A stretch of DNA of 59,758 nt, filler included, from Sluysia triapertura (GCA_046118255.1; 5 parts of 5 records of this genome joined end to end with filler, not necessarily neighbours in it), one strand, 5' to 3'. Shown: positions 1-14,017, counted from the first letter of the whole stretch. Notes: generated from the sequence alone by a model not told the origin. Numbers and translations: made by a program.

Positions 1-3000
1 TGTTGACAATTTTATTATTCTGATAATAAACATTAAAAATAGTTTTTTAATTTTATTTTTTCGATTGCGTACAAAATGCTTAGTTATTACAGTAAAAAGT
101 AATTATATTATAACAAACTACGCCAAACATAGATCTAATATATATTGTACTTTGAATAATAGCGAAAGTTATCATGAGACTTTTAAGAGTATTAAAATTC
201 TGATTATAATAAAAATAAATAAAGTAATGAATATATTCATTTACCGAATGTTAATGTTCAGATTGAATAACTATCTGGGAAATTCTTCATACTTATTCAT
301 AATCTTTAAGACCTCGACTAGTCCACTCTTTCTTATTAAAAATACGCTCTCAAATTCAATTTGTACCTTTAAAACGAATATTAAATTAGGAAATTTTGTT
401 TCAAAACTTCTTCTAAAACATCACTTATCACAAACCAAACATATAACATCTATAAAATGGTGTCAGGAACAATCTCCCGTAAGGATTTTGATACAAATAT
501 TATTGTATGGAAACTTAATAGAAAAAGCATACTAATTTTGGGACATTACAATCAGAAAGATCAGTTAAATTGATAAACTTTTAATTTCAAGGATTCCAAG
601 TAACTTTGATAAGTTTATCTCCAATGACCAATATATAAACTTCTTCAACAGGTCTAACTCCGATTTGTAATTTTCCAACTAGCGAAACTCCTTTAAAAAT
701 TGTTGCTTAGATTTATAAAATAACTATTTTTTCTTGTGTGTTTTGTTTTTTAATGTGACTATTTATATTAGATCTTTTCTTTCATTTAAGCCGTTGAATA
801 CGTAGAATATGATAAAAATGTGTCAATTATCCTGATAACATATTAATTTTTTAATTTATACCGAAGTTACTTGTTTAATTTTATTATTTTGATATTATTT
901 TGATAAAAATTATTATTTGATTTGTGCCGAAAATTTGGAATTTACTTTTTACTGAACAGTTAATTGATAAAAGTTAATCTTTTTAATTAAACAATTAATT
1001 CTTTGTATTAATAATTTTGTACTTTTTAATTAATCATTTAGCATTTACGACACAAAAATTTTAATATTTACATACCCATAGTTTTAATATTTTTAACTTA
1101 CATATTTATATTGAACAGAATTCATTTTTTAGCTAAGTCGGATTTAATTTTAACTATGTTAATATAAAAATGAATATTAGTTAATATATAAATGAATAAT
1201 AGTTAATATAAAAATGAATAACCCTATAAACAGAACCTGGTGGAAATCAAATTCAACTTAAAGATTTTATATCAATTTACAAAGATTCCTTATTTAAACT
1301 GAATCGTTAAAAGTTAAATATATTTTACTAAATTCAACTGGAATGACTGATAATAAATATTTTAACAAAGATTTTACTAAGGTTCGTTAAAATGGACCTG
1401 GCTATACACTTTATTAATCTAACAAATTCGAGAAAAAATTAAAGAAAGATTGATATATTAGATTACTTTAATCACTTTACAATGTGAGATAGATTTTAAA
1501 AATTAAGTTTACTTAGTTATCTATTTAAACGATAACTAAAGAATAAATTTTTGATTTTGAGTAGGAATTTACTTCGCAATATTAAATTATTGCTATAAAA
1601 TAACGAATTATTAAATAAACTAACGAATTTATTGCTAATCAAAATTGTCTTTTGTGATGTATGATTAATTAACAGCTTAGAATTTTTTCTCTTGAATGCG
1701 ATCCGTGGGAGTTTCAACAATCGTTGGATTTTTGTATCCAATATGATATATTGTATCAATTATCTGTAACGAAGTTGTGTCACAAAAATCGTGTAAAAAC
1801 TATGTTGAGTGGAACTTAATTACTAACTTTATACTAAAATTTGTTTTGACCTTGACATGATTTAATTTGATTCGTTTGTTTCGTTTAAATTTAACAAATA
1901 ATTTAAATTTTAACAAATAATAATAATTTACCAATTGATATTCAAAAGATCGATAATAGAATAATATTAATTTTAGTCAGTATACAAAACATCAAGGTAC
2001 GATTTAAGAGTTCATAAAGTATATATACAAAGTACCAAAGTATATTATCGACAAAATATAACTTGTGTTATTAAATTTATAATATTGTAATTACAGAACC
2101 AATCAAATATATGATTTGTTACTAATTTCCAGCATTGAATTTATAATATTGTTTTTAGTAAAATAAATATAATTTCAAAAATTAAAAATTTCCCTTGTCT
2201 TAAAATCTTTTATTTAATTTTTTAGGGATGTTTGGTCCAACACTAAAGTTCTTAGCCCGTATAATTTTAATGCCTTTTTTAAAGTTATTATTAATTTCAT
2301 CATTATCTTAAACAAAACCTTAAACTATCAATAAATCCTTTAATTTATTTTTAGAGCCGACTTAAGACCAGGCAAAAACAATTGAATTATATTAAATTAG
2401 ACTTAAGGCCAAAATCTAATGAATAAAAACAAACCAAAATTGAATTTCAAAATAATAATAAGACATAAAAACAAACGTCAATGTTAAACAGATTGTCTAT
2501 TAACATATGTGCTTCTTGATCAGGAGTATACCATCGACGGATCCAAGGAAGATTCTTGAGCAAATGAGCAGTTGACAGTGTTGGGTACCACTAATTTCTG
2601 TTTTAACGATCGAAAACTACAACAATTGAATTCCATATTTGATTACCAGGAATTGAATGCCTCAATTCTTTCCAAAACAGTATTGGATTAGAGTTTCAAA
2701 AACACACTTTAATTGAGTAGCATTATACTTTATTATAAAGAATTTTAGCAAATGTACGTAACTTTTCATAACACGACATGTAAGTGAATTTGAACATTTA
2801 GAAGAATAATTGAAGCACTCATGTCATTTTAAATGCTTTGTCTGTGAGAATTTTGTTTTAAAATATATTTTATATCAATATATATTATATTAAGTGAGTC
2901 CTCTATAACATTGGACTTACGCACTCAAGGGCCAGCACATAGATTCCAGTGTCGAAAGTAAGAAATATAGAAAACTGGAGGTAATAGATAATAATTGGTT

Positions 3001-3927
3001 TTTTGTTTTATAAATTAAGGTTCAATTTTTATCTATGATCTAAAATGAACTGTTTGATTTTAGTGTTAATATATATCGAATTTTCTTTAATATCGTCAAA
3101 CGATGTTAATAGTATTGTAATTTTGTAATTTGACTCTTTACGTCAAGAATACTATCGAAAACAAATAACTATAATACACTTATTTATTACAATCAATTAT
3201 ACAATTATAGTTACAAAATTAACAAATTCAATTATACAATTATTTGACAAAATGTATTTGCACGAAATGTTTAACGATAAATTATTATTACAATTTTTTT
3301 ACAAAATATACAATAATTCAATGAATAAAATTTTATTATCACTATCTATAAGAATTATTCGTCGCACTGAAAATTTCAATGTGCACACACTATTTGTAAA
3401 AATTAAAATTATTTCGTCACAAATTTTAATATTTAAGAATTATTCTTCACAATAAAAATTTTTCATATGAATAACAATGATATAACTTTAGTAAAAAGTT
3501 CTATTAACAATATTAATTTTTTAATTAATATTACGTCTAATAATGTTATGAAATGATTTTATCTAGCGATTAAATTTACAAAAAAATTCAATTTAATTTT
3601 AATTTCAGTTTATAATCTTATAAAAAAGAATTACCATAGAACGTATAAAACTAACGACAATATTTTAAATGATTAATATTTTTAAATAATAATAATTAAC
3701 GATGTTTTTAATAATAATAATAATATTTTCTAATGATAATTTCAATTTAATAATAATAATAATAATATGGTTTCAATTTTTAATTATTTAAATTTAATTT
3801 ATTATAATTTTTAATTTAAAATAAAGTTTTATAAATGATAAATAATCAATCAAATTAATGCTTTTAAATGGTGCAAACAAGGTAACGATTCTAGTTGATC
3901 CAAGTGTGATGACTAATATTATGAACA

Positions 3928-3929
<2 letters not shown>

Positions 3930-3997
<68 letters not shown>
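3930..3997. repeat. (ATT)n microsatellite
   Basis: About 22 consecutive ATT units. Confidence 0.95.
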
Positions 3998-4446
3998 GAT
4001 TTTATTTTAAAGACTAGCAAATATTATTATATTATTTTAAATTGATTTTATATTTAAGGGATTTGATTATTTTATTAATATGAAACATTTTTGAACTAAC
4101 TTAACTTTTGGATCAACCGAGTTTTTACAAACAGCATTAATGAATAAAGATTTAGCAGCCATATTTTTTCCCATACTTAATGAATATGAATAAATCCAAT
4201 GAGAATTATCGCCTTCAGTTGAGTGCAGATGTTTGGAAAGAGCAATCCATAAACTGCAAGAGATAATATTTAATGAGAAAATGTCAATTTCAAATAACAA
4301 ATTAAATAATATTTATAAATAAAGTAGGCTGCTTAATACAATAATACGAAATTATCTATAAGAACAAAAAGAGAAAAATATTATATAAATAAATTGTATC
4401 TGGAATAATAAATACATACTGAGGTGAAGTTATTTTCATTTATTAA

Positions 4447-4648
4447 CCATTTCAATCCTACCGAGATATATAATAAACATTGTATACTGTACCGGGGCAC
4501 ATACATCCCACCAAATTACTCAATTACTAATTAAAAACATGACATACTGAACATATTTCTTGTATAGATTTCTGTTTTTATGTTAGTGTGTTTATTATAA
4601 TAAAAATTAAATGCAAAAATTGTTTAGAAAAAAATCGTATTGAAAGGG
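4447..4648. mobile_element. piggyBac-type MITE
   Basis: TTAA at 4443-4446 and 4649-4652 flank imperfect TIRs CCATTTCAATCC / GTATTGAAAGGG (10/12 match). Confidence 0.6.
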
Positions 4649-5009
4649 TTAATGTAAATTTTAATAATTAAAACTTTAAATTATTTAGTTAAAAACTAAA
4701 AATGTTAATAATTTGTTCAATGGTTCGAACAATTCAAAAATATGACGACTAAAATATTGAAATTACAATTTTACTTAATATTAAATTTATATTTTTCAAA
4801 TTAAATAGTAAAATTAAATTCTTCTTAATTCTCGACCATAACTCTTTTGCTCACACTAATTTTTTCTAATTTACATTTTTTTAACACTCTCTCTTACTCT
4901 CCTCATCTGGCTACCAACAATATCTTTTGATAGTTTGAATGAACAGGTTAAATAAACGAAAAGGAAAAATTAAACGATAGCACATTTAAAAGATCAACTA
5001 CAAGAAATG

Positions 5010-6530
5010 GAACCAGATTATGGATGTGTTAAGTGTAATACAAGTGTTGCCAAAACTACTAATATGCGTCAGAAAGAAAGAACAAGTACTCGCTGAATTA
5101 GAAGAATTAGAGCAATGTATGAAGAAAGAAGAATGAGTTTATTTTGAAACATATTCAAAGTTAAACACTGATATGAATTGCACGTTTTATAATTGTAAAT
5201 TCACTAAATTTAAACAACAATTTGAAAATAATAGTTTAGCAAACAATATTTGTTCAGTTTGTCATAATCAATGGCCTTTTCGTGCTGTTTACAAATTTGG
5301 AATGCATCTTTTAAAGATAAATGATCAATCTAGATCAACAAATATAGAATTAAGAGAAGATTTAATAAGTATGATTTTATATGGTCGTTACGCGATATCG
5401 GTATCAATAAAGATATTATTTGACATATTGATATCACAACAAAATCAAATGACTATTTGAAGAATGTTGAATAAATTTGGTTTAACTGAAGTGGCACTTT
5501 ATGAACAAACTGGTATTTGTGTAACTGATCAACAACTCTATTTATTGATTATAAAACAATTTATCGTTTTTACAGATTTTGCGAGATTTTGCTTTTATTT
5601 TAGATTCATTCGCATCATATAATTTATTTTCAACGAATTACTACCGTCTAATGATGATCTATTTTCTTCAGCATCCGAGTTGAAAATTATAGTAGCATTT
5701 CAACAAGCTATGTTTCGAAAAATGCATTATCAATATCTGGTTTTACTTTCTCCAGTAATAAATTCAATATAAATAAGTCGCATGGATCAACGAATTTAAA
5801 TTTCTCGATAATAATAGTAATATTAATGAATATTCTTCAAATTCGAACTACAATACTACGAATAATTATTTATTCGTAGATTTGACAAATATTTTCAATT
5901 ATACGGCAAATAGTGAAGGAAGTATCAAAAATAATTTGTCGAAAGATTCGAATTATAATTTAAATAATTTAATAATAATATTTAAAAAATTAATATGTTA
6001 CCGCAACGTATCGTGTTTCTTTCTGTTCTATCTATAAAAGCACTACTAAAATTATTAATGGCAACAATTTCAAGATCGAGGCAAATTTTATGTAAATTCT
6101 ATTCTGACAAAAATATAAAGAAATCATGGCGTCGATTCCTACCACACTAAAAATTGAAAGTCGATCAGGATCAAATTTTAAATCTTTTGGTGGAGATTTT
6201 TAATGAAGCACCGTGTGATATTGATAAATTGTTTGAGCAAGCATTACATCAGCAACATGCGAATAGAACAGAATCTGTTCTAAATTTTTGGATCAATGTT
6301 CTTAGTAATCATCAGCAATTTACTACTTTTATTACTCAACAGAACTTATATTTACTGCAATTGTTACTGCAAACATCAAATTTACAATAAATTTGATGAT
6401 AGTAAATCAGGTTTTAATATAATATTAAAATTTGCAGTAAGTGATCATTTTAGTAACGTTACTGTTTCTGAATCTATAGAGGTTGATGATTCCGAAATTA
6501 ACGTAAGTTTGATACAGAAATGTTGATATT
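5010..6530 (+). pseudogene. Degraded long ORF of unknown family
   Basis: Chain of coding-like segments (5173-5460, 5461-5760, ~5990-6390, 6296-6526) broken by stops and frameshifts. No family recognised. Confidence 0.35.
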
Positions 6531-8256
6531 GATAGAAACATCAATGAAAGATTAATTAAGAACTATATTAGTTTTGTGAAATGGTTTGTGTTCAATATAT
6601 CAAGTTCCTTATTCAAATTTATGGCAATTTTACAAGATGATATACGACATAATCATTTACAATATTGTATGTCTTTTCCTATAGTGTCCATTTAACAGTA
6701 AATATTTTCTATCTGTCTTCTTTTATAACTCATCTTCTTTGTGATTCTTTGTGACAATGTGTTATAGAACCAATAAATTTCGTCTTAGTTATTATTTATT
6801 AAATTTTGATTCTTTTATAATTAAATTTAATAGTCTCAAAGCAAATAATAATTATTTTATAATATGAACTACATTTATAAAATGAGAAATAAAAATATTT
6901 TATGCTGTAATTTTTAAGCATAATTAATTAATTTTATGCTTTGAGGGACGTGATTAATTAGTTTTAGAAAACCCTTTTGTGATATTGTATTTACATTGTA
7001 AGATTTTAATTTTCTTATGTTTGACTATGAATGGTTGAATTAAGAACAAGTGTTTATGAGTATTTAGTAGTGGTCAAGATAAGAATTAAGGATACTTCAA
7101 ATTGATAGATATTCATTTTATCATAAGAGAAGTTCAAATAAGGTTAACACTAACGTTATAATAATCTATCATATTAAATTTTATATCATCATAATTGTTG
7201 TTACATGATAACGTGATAGACTTATGATCTAGGTTTTATGTTCCTATAGTGCATTCCTTATGTGGTTTATTAATTCGTAAAAAGATTTCAAATAGTTATT
7301 ATCTTTACAATTAATAGTACTCAAAATATTGTAGAAATAATATCTTTTTATTAAATTCGTAACACAATTAATATCCTATTCTTTGCGGGAAACGAGTTAA
7401 CAAGTTTGCACATAGTATCGCTAGTGTGCGGGAGCCAACAAAACTTTGCAATTGCTTATAAGTAAAAATTCAAACAAAAAAGTAATTATAATAAATAGAT
7501 AATAAATAAAAAGTAAAAATTTTTTATGAGCCGATGTCAAAAATCGCCCACTTTTCAGCTTGGATTGGGATAAAAATGTATTAAATGACACCGTACATTA
7601 ATGTTGAACACGGGATAAACTACCCAATAAGTAAAATAACACCGAAAGAATTCATATATAACAGCTAAATAAAACTAGAAGGAAGAGATAAATTCGTACT
7701 TGTTCAATTTCGATGAAACAAGTTGTCTTGTATATTTTATTTATTTTTGTTGAAGTGAAATCCATCGTACTAATAATGAATTTCAAATGAGATATTTCAG
7801 GTAGAAAAACTCTTATATTGCCTGGATAATGGTATTGTTTAAACAAGGTAAATAATTATTAAAAGTTTGAATGTTTCGAGCTAAATCACATTTTGATCTT
7901 CTTTGAAAATTATTGATGCTTTCTATGTTGAAAAAGAAAGTATAAGTAAAATTAAACAATATCAAAATATAAGTTTCTACTTTAATTATAAAAAATACAT
8001 TTTTTGCAATATCTTGCAATAATCGCTGTAAATAATTATACACAATTTCATAGGATATCGATTAATCTAGAAAGTTTAGATGCTGATTTTCGAATTTGAA
8101 TGTTACCAGCATTAGGTCCAATAGAGTGATTCTAAAAACTACACAATCTTAAGTTTACGTTGAACTGTACCAACTAAAATTTGAGTGTTGACAGCATTAC
8201 GATCAATAAAGTAAACTTTAATACTGCTTAATATTGTGAGAGCGATGTTTTCCTGT

Positions 8257-8960
8257 TGTGGTAGCCAACCTTATATCACTTAAAATTACAATACATCACA
8301 TTACACTAAAAATAACAATTTTACAACATCTAAGCCATCCATTCCATCGAAAATCATTAAAACTGTAATTTAAATTTAAACATGATAATAATTTAAATGG
8401 AATTTCTTTTAACACTTCTAACGTCACCAACAATTTCTCTTTTCTCCATTTTATTAGTATTCTTACTTTTCGCATTTTATGAAATGTTATTTTTATTTCA
8501 ACGCGTAAATTTTCTTAATCAATTCGTAACACAGATTTCAAATTTAACAACTTCAAGTTAACTACCTTAACAGAATACAATTGTTTAAAAACTCCTAAAT
8601 GCATTGAAAAATTCACGTAATCAGCAACTTTAAGAAACGCACTTATTTAATAAGATTTAAGAAATAAATAAGCAAGAATCTCAAATACATGAATAGACCA
8701 CACATTCACAAATTCGACAAAAAACATAATTTTATTTAAGAAAAGACAATGAATTGTAGAGAAATTTATGCAATTATTTCATTTTAGAACTACCTTTCCT
8801 CCAACAAACATTTTATTCCTTAGTTCAACAATACCGTCCTATGTTTAAGAATCTTTAAGATTATTTTTAAAAGAAATTTCTAAAGAAAAGAAGAATATTT
8901 AAAAAGAATATTCAATATTTAAAAATTGAATATTTATGCGTTTCAATTTATTTTTATTCA

Positions 8961-9012
<52 letters not shown>

Positions 9013-9050
9013 TATATTAGTATATTTATTTTATTTTATTATTAATTACA
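8257..9050 (+). mobile_element. LTR-like repeat, copy 1 of the TGTRGTRGYCAACC family
   Basis: Starts TGTGGTAGCCAACC; AC-rich body; TTTATGCGTTT at 8933-8943; (ATT)n at 8964-9012; ends ...ATTACA. The same start or motif recurs at 11646, 41586/40701 and 46265 on the - strand. Confidence 0.6.
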
Positions 9051-9059
9051 GCATTTATT

Positions 9060-9700
9060 ATTACCATTGCAACTATTAATTGAAATTGAAGATAATGTGT
9101 TTAATTTAATGAAACGAATAGAATCACTAGAATCTGAAAATTCTTTAGCAAATTATAATTTATTTACAACTGAAAATTCAAATGAGACTCCAAATAAAAT
9201 TCATGATGACAAAGAAAAGCTGGCGTAAATATTTGGAGAAGAAGCAAACAATAAATGAGGAACGAATTGAAGAAATGAATGCATTAATTATAATTATTTG
9301 TGAATCAACTGATATAATTTCAGCTAGTCATGATGAAACCTTTATATTAAATCATCAAGTGTTTTACAAAATAGCTATAAAAACGCGTACATCATATCTG
9401 TATCTCATTTCAAATTATCTCAAAAAATTATAGTGATTTTATCTATCAAATATTTCGTATCCATAAAATTATCATCAAAGATTTCCATCATATTCCATAT
9501 GATAAATTCGCAACACGTTCTTCAAATGCACAAGACTAACTGAATGTTCATGAATACAATAAAGATGTTAAACATAATTACAATCTACGCCATTACAAAA
9601 CCGCACAATGTATGTACCGTACGAAAAATTTAAGCCTATGTCTTAGATATGGTCAACATTGCTAATATGCCCATAGTGTTTCAGAATTGCGTCATTCCTC
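9060..9700 (+). pseudogene. Element-internal ORF remnant ending in a CCCH zinc finger
   Basis: 9591-9695 translates HYKTAQCMYRTKNLSLCLRYGQHC*YAHSVSELRH, a TIS11/ZFP36-like YKTxxC...CxYAHxxxELR finger with an internal stop. Confidence 0.65.
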
Positions 9701-10298
9701 CTGCGATAACAACGATTCCGATGCTAACCTTGATCATTATTATATATTATCTTCCTTGCAAGCAAAATCAATCACATAAAACTCTTCAATTAACAACTGC
9801 ATGAGTCTTATTAATCACAGTGACCATGACTTAGGATATTTTTTTAATGACTTAATTTTTTAACACATTGTAGCCCTTAATCGTAGAACTTTTACCTCCA
9901 CTGCTCTAATATGCTTTAGTAATTTTGTCATTACCCCCAAAAACTTCATGTTTTGGTTAATTTTTCCCTATTTCGCGATCACAGTTTTCAAGGATTGAAC
10001 CGCTTTTTATACTATAGCTGCATAAACAGTACAATCGACTATACTGCTACAACTTGAAATCGGAAATAACTGACTAAAACTAAATCTTAAATTGCATGCA
10101 GCGGACATCAGAATATTTATAACCGTTTTCTAAGATTAAAGCAAGACTAAAGTACTTAATCATAAACTATTCTGATTTCTGCAGTTTATAAGTGCCTTAT
10201 ACAGTTATACAACATTAATATAATGTTCTTTTTCAAGTTGAATGTTTGGTGATAGTAAATACTTCATAAAACATTTTTCATTTTTAAAATTAAAATTA

Positions 10299-10438
10299 CA
10301 CCTATCCCCCGATTTACACGGTAGATACGTTCTTGAGAAAAACGTAAAAAGAAAAAACTTATTTGGAAAAACGATAACAAAAAAAACTTATTTCGAAAAC
10401 CGTGTAAAACAAGTACCGTGTAAATCGGGGGATAGGTG
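10299..10438. mobile_element. Tc1/mariner(pogo)-type MITE
   Basis: Perfect 25-bp TIRs CACCTATCCCCCGATTTACACGGTA / TACCGTGTAAATCGGGGGATAGGTG with TA on both sides. Confidence 0.9.
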
Positions 10439-10950
10439 TATTTAAATTTTGTTCATCGTTCTTACCCCAAAAAGAATTTTACTTTTATTCCCCGACCACA
10501 GCATTAGGTAATATTTTTCTATATCAGAAAGTTTATTACACATTAACAAGATATAATCATAGTAAGAAGTATAGTGCATATCATCCTGATTCGTAACAAC
10601 CAGCCTCTATTATTCCATCTGACTATAGTCATACAAGTTGCTCCATAATTATTACACAAGGCAAAACAACTTGTTATGTAGTAATTATTGCAATTTATTT
10701 GAGATTGAATTTTCCTAATCAAATGATACTATTCAAATAATGAAAATGTAACTTCTGTGCTAAGAATTAATCAATGGTTCATTCGTCTAACGATTTGTGA
10801 AAAATGTACTGAAAGTATTTTGAAACTTTTAAAAGATTGATATGTTCATTATATTTTTGAAATAAAATTTGCTACATTTTGATTATTTTTTGATTTTATT
10901 AGTTTTAGTTAATTTTTGACACCTCGTATTACAGCAAAATAAAAACCAAC

Positions 10951-11385
10951 CGTTTTAATTGATTCAAATTTGTACTGCATGATAATGCTGTGATTAGTAT
11001 GAATTCTTCATCAATATCCGTAGTACTGTTAGTTGCTTTGTTGAGTAATATATTAAATATGTCATCATTTACATTTTGAAGAGCGGAACATAATAATGGT
11101 GAGTGCAAATATTTATATGAAGATCTAATAACATAAATAATTTAATAAGAAAGTATTAATAATAAAAATAAACATGTAAATTATATTTTTTTAATATTAA
11201 ATTATTATACTGATATGTTTGTATTCATTGTTACGATTTGAATAATTCGTTTGAGCAATTCAAAAATTAAAAAAAGGTAAATTATATGTAAACTATACTT
11301 TATCTTTCCAGTATTAATGATTTCTTGAACAGCTTTCTTACCTCGAATTTTGCATTCTTGATGACCATATTTACAAGCAATTTGA
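10951..11385 (-). CDS. M1 aminopeptidase (aminopeptidase N/ERAP1 C-terminal domain), two exons, partial
   Basis: Exons 11385-11299 and 11124-10951 (GT-AG, phase consistent) give QIACKYGHQECKIRGKKAVQEIINTGKIK|SSYKYLHSPLLCSALQNVNDDIFNILLNKATNSTTDIDEEFILITALSCSTNLNQLKR, matching the ACxYG..C / C.A / LL.AL.CS pattern. The 5' part is cut by the contig end and later exons were not found. Confidence 0.7.
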
Positions 11386-11485
11386 NNNNNNNNNNNNNNN
11401 NNNNNNNNNNNNNNNNNNNNNNNNNNNNNTTAATTAATTAANNNNNNNNNNNNNNNNNNNNNNNNNNNNNNNNNNNNNNNNNNNN
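11386..11485. other. Artificial contig spacer (N + TTAATTAATTAA + N)
   Basis: 100-nt spacer with six-frame stop linker. Confidence 0.97.
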
Positions 11486-11646
11486 GATGTTTATGTTTGA
11501 AAGATGTTGTTGTGAGTATTGTTGTTTTATGTGATGAATTGTGTGGTGATTGTAGTTGCGGATTATGGTTGTGATGAATTTTACTTTAATGAAATTGTTT
11601 TAATGAAATTACATTTTAAACTTAAATTAATGGGTTGGCCACTACA
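11486..11646 (-). mobile_element. 5' end of LTR-like repeat (same family), truncated by the gap
   Basis: Minus strand starts TGTAGTGGCCAACCC and continues AC-rich. Confidence 0.55.
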
Positions 11647-11654
11647 TAAGTAAA

Positions 11655-12895
11655 TGTTCCTAGAGCAATAACAGTGAACAAAAAATGTTTATAATCATTT
11701 TGAAACCGAAGAATACCTTGGAGTTCCAAAGATCTTTGCATGGTATTGAGACCCTTATGAAGATTTAAGTAAGGTTTGGAAAGATGTCTTGAAGTGTGAG
11801 GATACCTTTGAACTTCTGAACCTTGGGATCATTTGAGACTTCGTTGATATTGTAAGAACGCTTTATTATTTACTATATTATGTTTACACTTTATTTTATT
11901 ATATTATACATTTTGTATATTTTGATTTTATATATATTATATATATTATTATAAAATAATTTTTAAATTAAAATTTATAAAATAATTTCCTTCCCAAAAT
12001 TATGATAATAATAATAAAATTTTATTTCTAATATAACAATCTAGAAAATAATTCGTTAATTTTGTTTTACTAAACTAATTAAATAAATAGTTCAATATGG
12101 TTGCCTCAGTGAAAATTTAACTATATAAATTGCTGAATTTTCACTGTTAAAACAGGCAGGAAATTTATCGTCAATTCATGTATTTCACTGTGTTTCAGTT
12201 TTTAATGATAAGAGGTAGTTTTTAAAATTCTTACCTTAAAAAGGCTACTTTAATTTATTTTTTGAAATTCTAAACAATTGCTGAGGAAATTACTTTCTTA
12301 AGTAATTTAAAATAACTATAGTTATTTATCACATTTATTTTTCGTTTCATAAGCCAAAAATCTTAGTTATTTGCTAGACCTTAAGGCTATCTTAACATTT
12401 AACTTTATTGAAATATTTTTAACTTTGATATATTGATGTTTGACCAAAATTCAGCTAGTTTAATTTATCGAATCGAATTAATAAAAATAATTTTTATTAA
12501 ACGTTTCAACCGTTGACATCATCTAGTACTATTTTTAAGTTCTTTAAAATCAAATCCTAATAGACCGCCTTTGGTTAGATATAAGACGTCTCTGTTAGGT
12601 GTACTCACCTTCACAAAATTATTTTTGCAAACGTTTTTACAAATACTAGCAATATTTTGGAACTTTTGAAAACTTTTGTGCTCTTCATATAACTTTTTAA
12701 AATGTGTGGAAATTTTACAATTTTCGAGAATTAAATCATGGTTAATAATATTAAAGGTAAATTTTAAAGATAAATAATTAAAATAAATAAAATAAAAGAA
12801 GGAATCAGAGTGGTGAACGTGAAAACATCTAGAGTTTCCTTATAAGTATTTAACAACTTTATAACCATAAGAAAACCTTTAAACTTAGAATAAAA
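11655..12895 (+). repeat. Split copy of a dispersed repeat (family GAATACCTTGGAGTTCCAAAGA)
   Basis: 11688-11860 matches 22219-22400, and 12800-12895 (GGAATCAGAG...GTGAAAACATCTAGAG) matches 22531-22630. About 0.9 kb of unrelated DNA lies between the two halves. Confidence 0.7.
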
Positions 12896-13323
12896 TAAAT
12901 TAAAATAAATAATTATTTAATTAAAATCTTAATTAACTTAATTAAGAAAAATTACGTTTGTGTGAATAACTTTTGAATGAGGAATGCTATGTTCAAACTG
13001 TTTTAAAGAGACCTTCCGATGAAGATAAGGCTTGATCGAGTTCATGCGAGGAAAGCCTCTATATTGTGCAAAGTCGAAATTTAATTAACTTTTAATTAAA
13101 ATTATGAAAATTTTCATATTTAGAATGATGAAGAGATGATGAGTTGGGTATGGAGTGACTGTTAAGAAATAGGAAAATCCGAAAATGAGGTTGAAATGTT
13201 TGTGAAATGGTTCGTTTGGGTATGAGAACCTTAAATATTTTCCATTAAAAAATTGAGTGTGATGAATTTAAAATTGACTAAAATGTAAAAATTCAAGCTA
13301 AATTCATTATTTTTAAGTATGTC

Positions 13324-13367
<44 letters not shown>
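13324..13367. repeat. (AAT)n microsatellite
   Basis: About 14-15 AAT units. Confidence 0.95.
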
Positions 13368-13368
<1 letters not shown>

Positions 13369-14017
13369 TGTTATTTTAATGCAATAAATGATTCATAAAA
13401 AAATACATCGAGTAGAGTAGAAGAAAAATAAGAGTTTATTGTTAATCGAATTGTTTTGTTTTGCTTGACAGAGGTACAATGTAAATGTTAAAGTTATTTT
13501 AATCTTTAAAAGAGGTTTTGATGATATGTGTAAGAGTAATTCCTGATTGCGAATGTAGAAATGATTTAGTGACATAAAAGTATAAATTATAACACGAAGA
13601 CACTTTTACTCACACGTAAAAAGGGAAACAACATTCACAGGTGATCGCGAAAATAAGAACTATGCTTTCGGTAAAGTCTTTTAAGATTTTATTTTAATAA
13701 AGGTTATTTTGTTAGTATATTTTAGATTTCATTATAGATCTGGTTAGAACAAATTTTTGTTTTGGAATTTTTTAAAATATATTGTTATAATGCTCTAAAT
13801 TTTACACTTATTGATTTAAAGTAAATTGTATTTTTATATTTGGGATTCGCCCTCTCACATTTAGTAAACAATTTTATATTCATTTTTATTTAATCTAGAT
13901 AATTTATATTTAATTTTTTGGGAATCCCCTTTGAGGAAATTTTGTAGCATATCATTTCAAATTGACATTTTTAGAGTTTATTTTTTGTCTTATAACTAGA
14001 TTAAGATTAAGCTACAC

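Noticed and set aside
65-535. 156-aa ORF and many similar I/K/N/F-rich short ORFs (1517, 3252, 14245, 32850, 53624, 58057)
   Set aside because: Composition is what AT-rich DNA gives by chance; no motifs; several have non-ATG starts.
5400-5800. Alternative genetic code to explain in-frame stops
   Set aside because: The helicase and chimera ORFs read cleanly in the standard code, and the broken ORFs also have frameshifts and all three stop types, so decay or sequence error is simpler.
7382-7436. Two TGCGGGA (E2F-like) sites
   Set aside because: No associated gene start, and too short to support a regulatory call.
11386-11485. Palindromic TTAATTAATTAA in each N gap as a biological motif
   Set aside because: Identical 100-nt layout at all four gaps; it is a synthetic six-frame stop linker, so cross-gap synteny was ignored.
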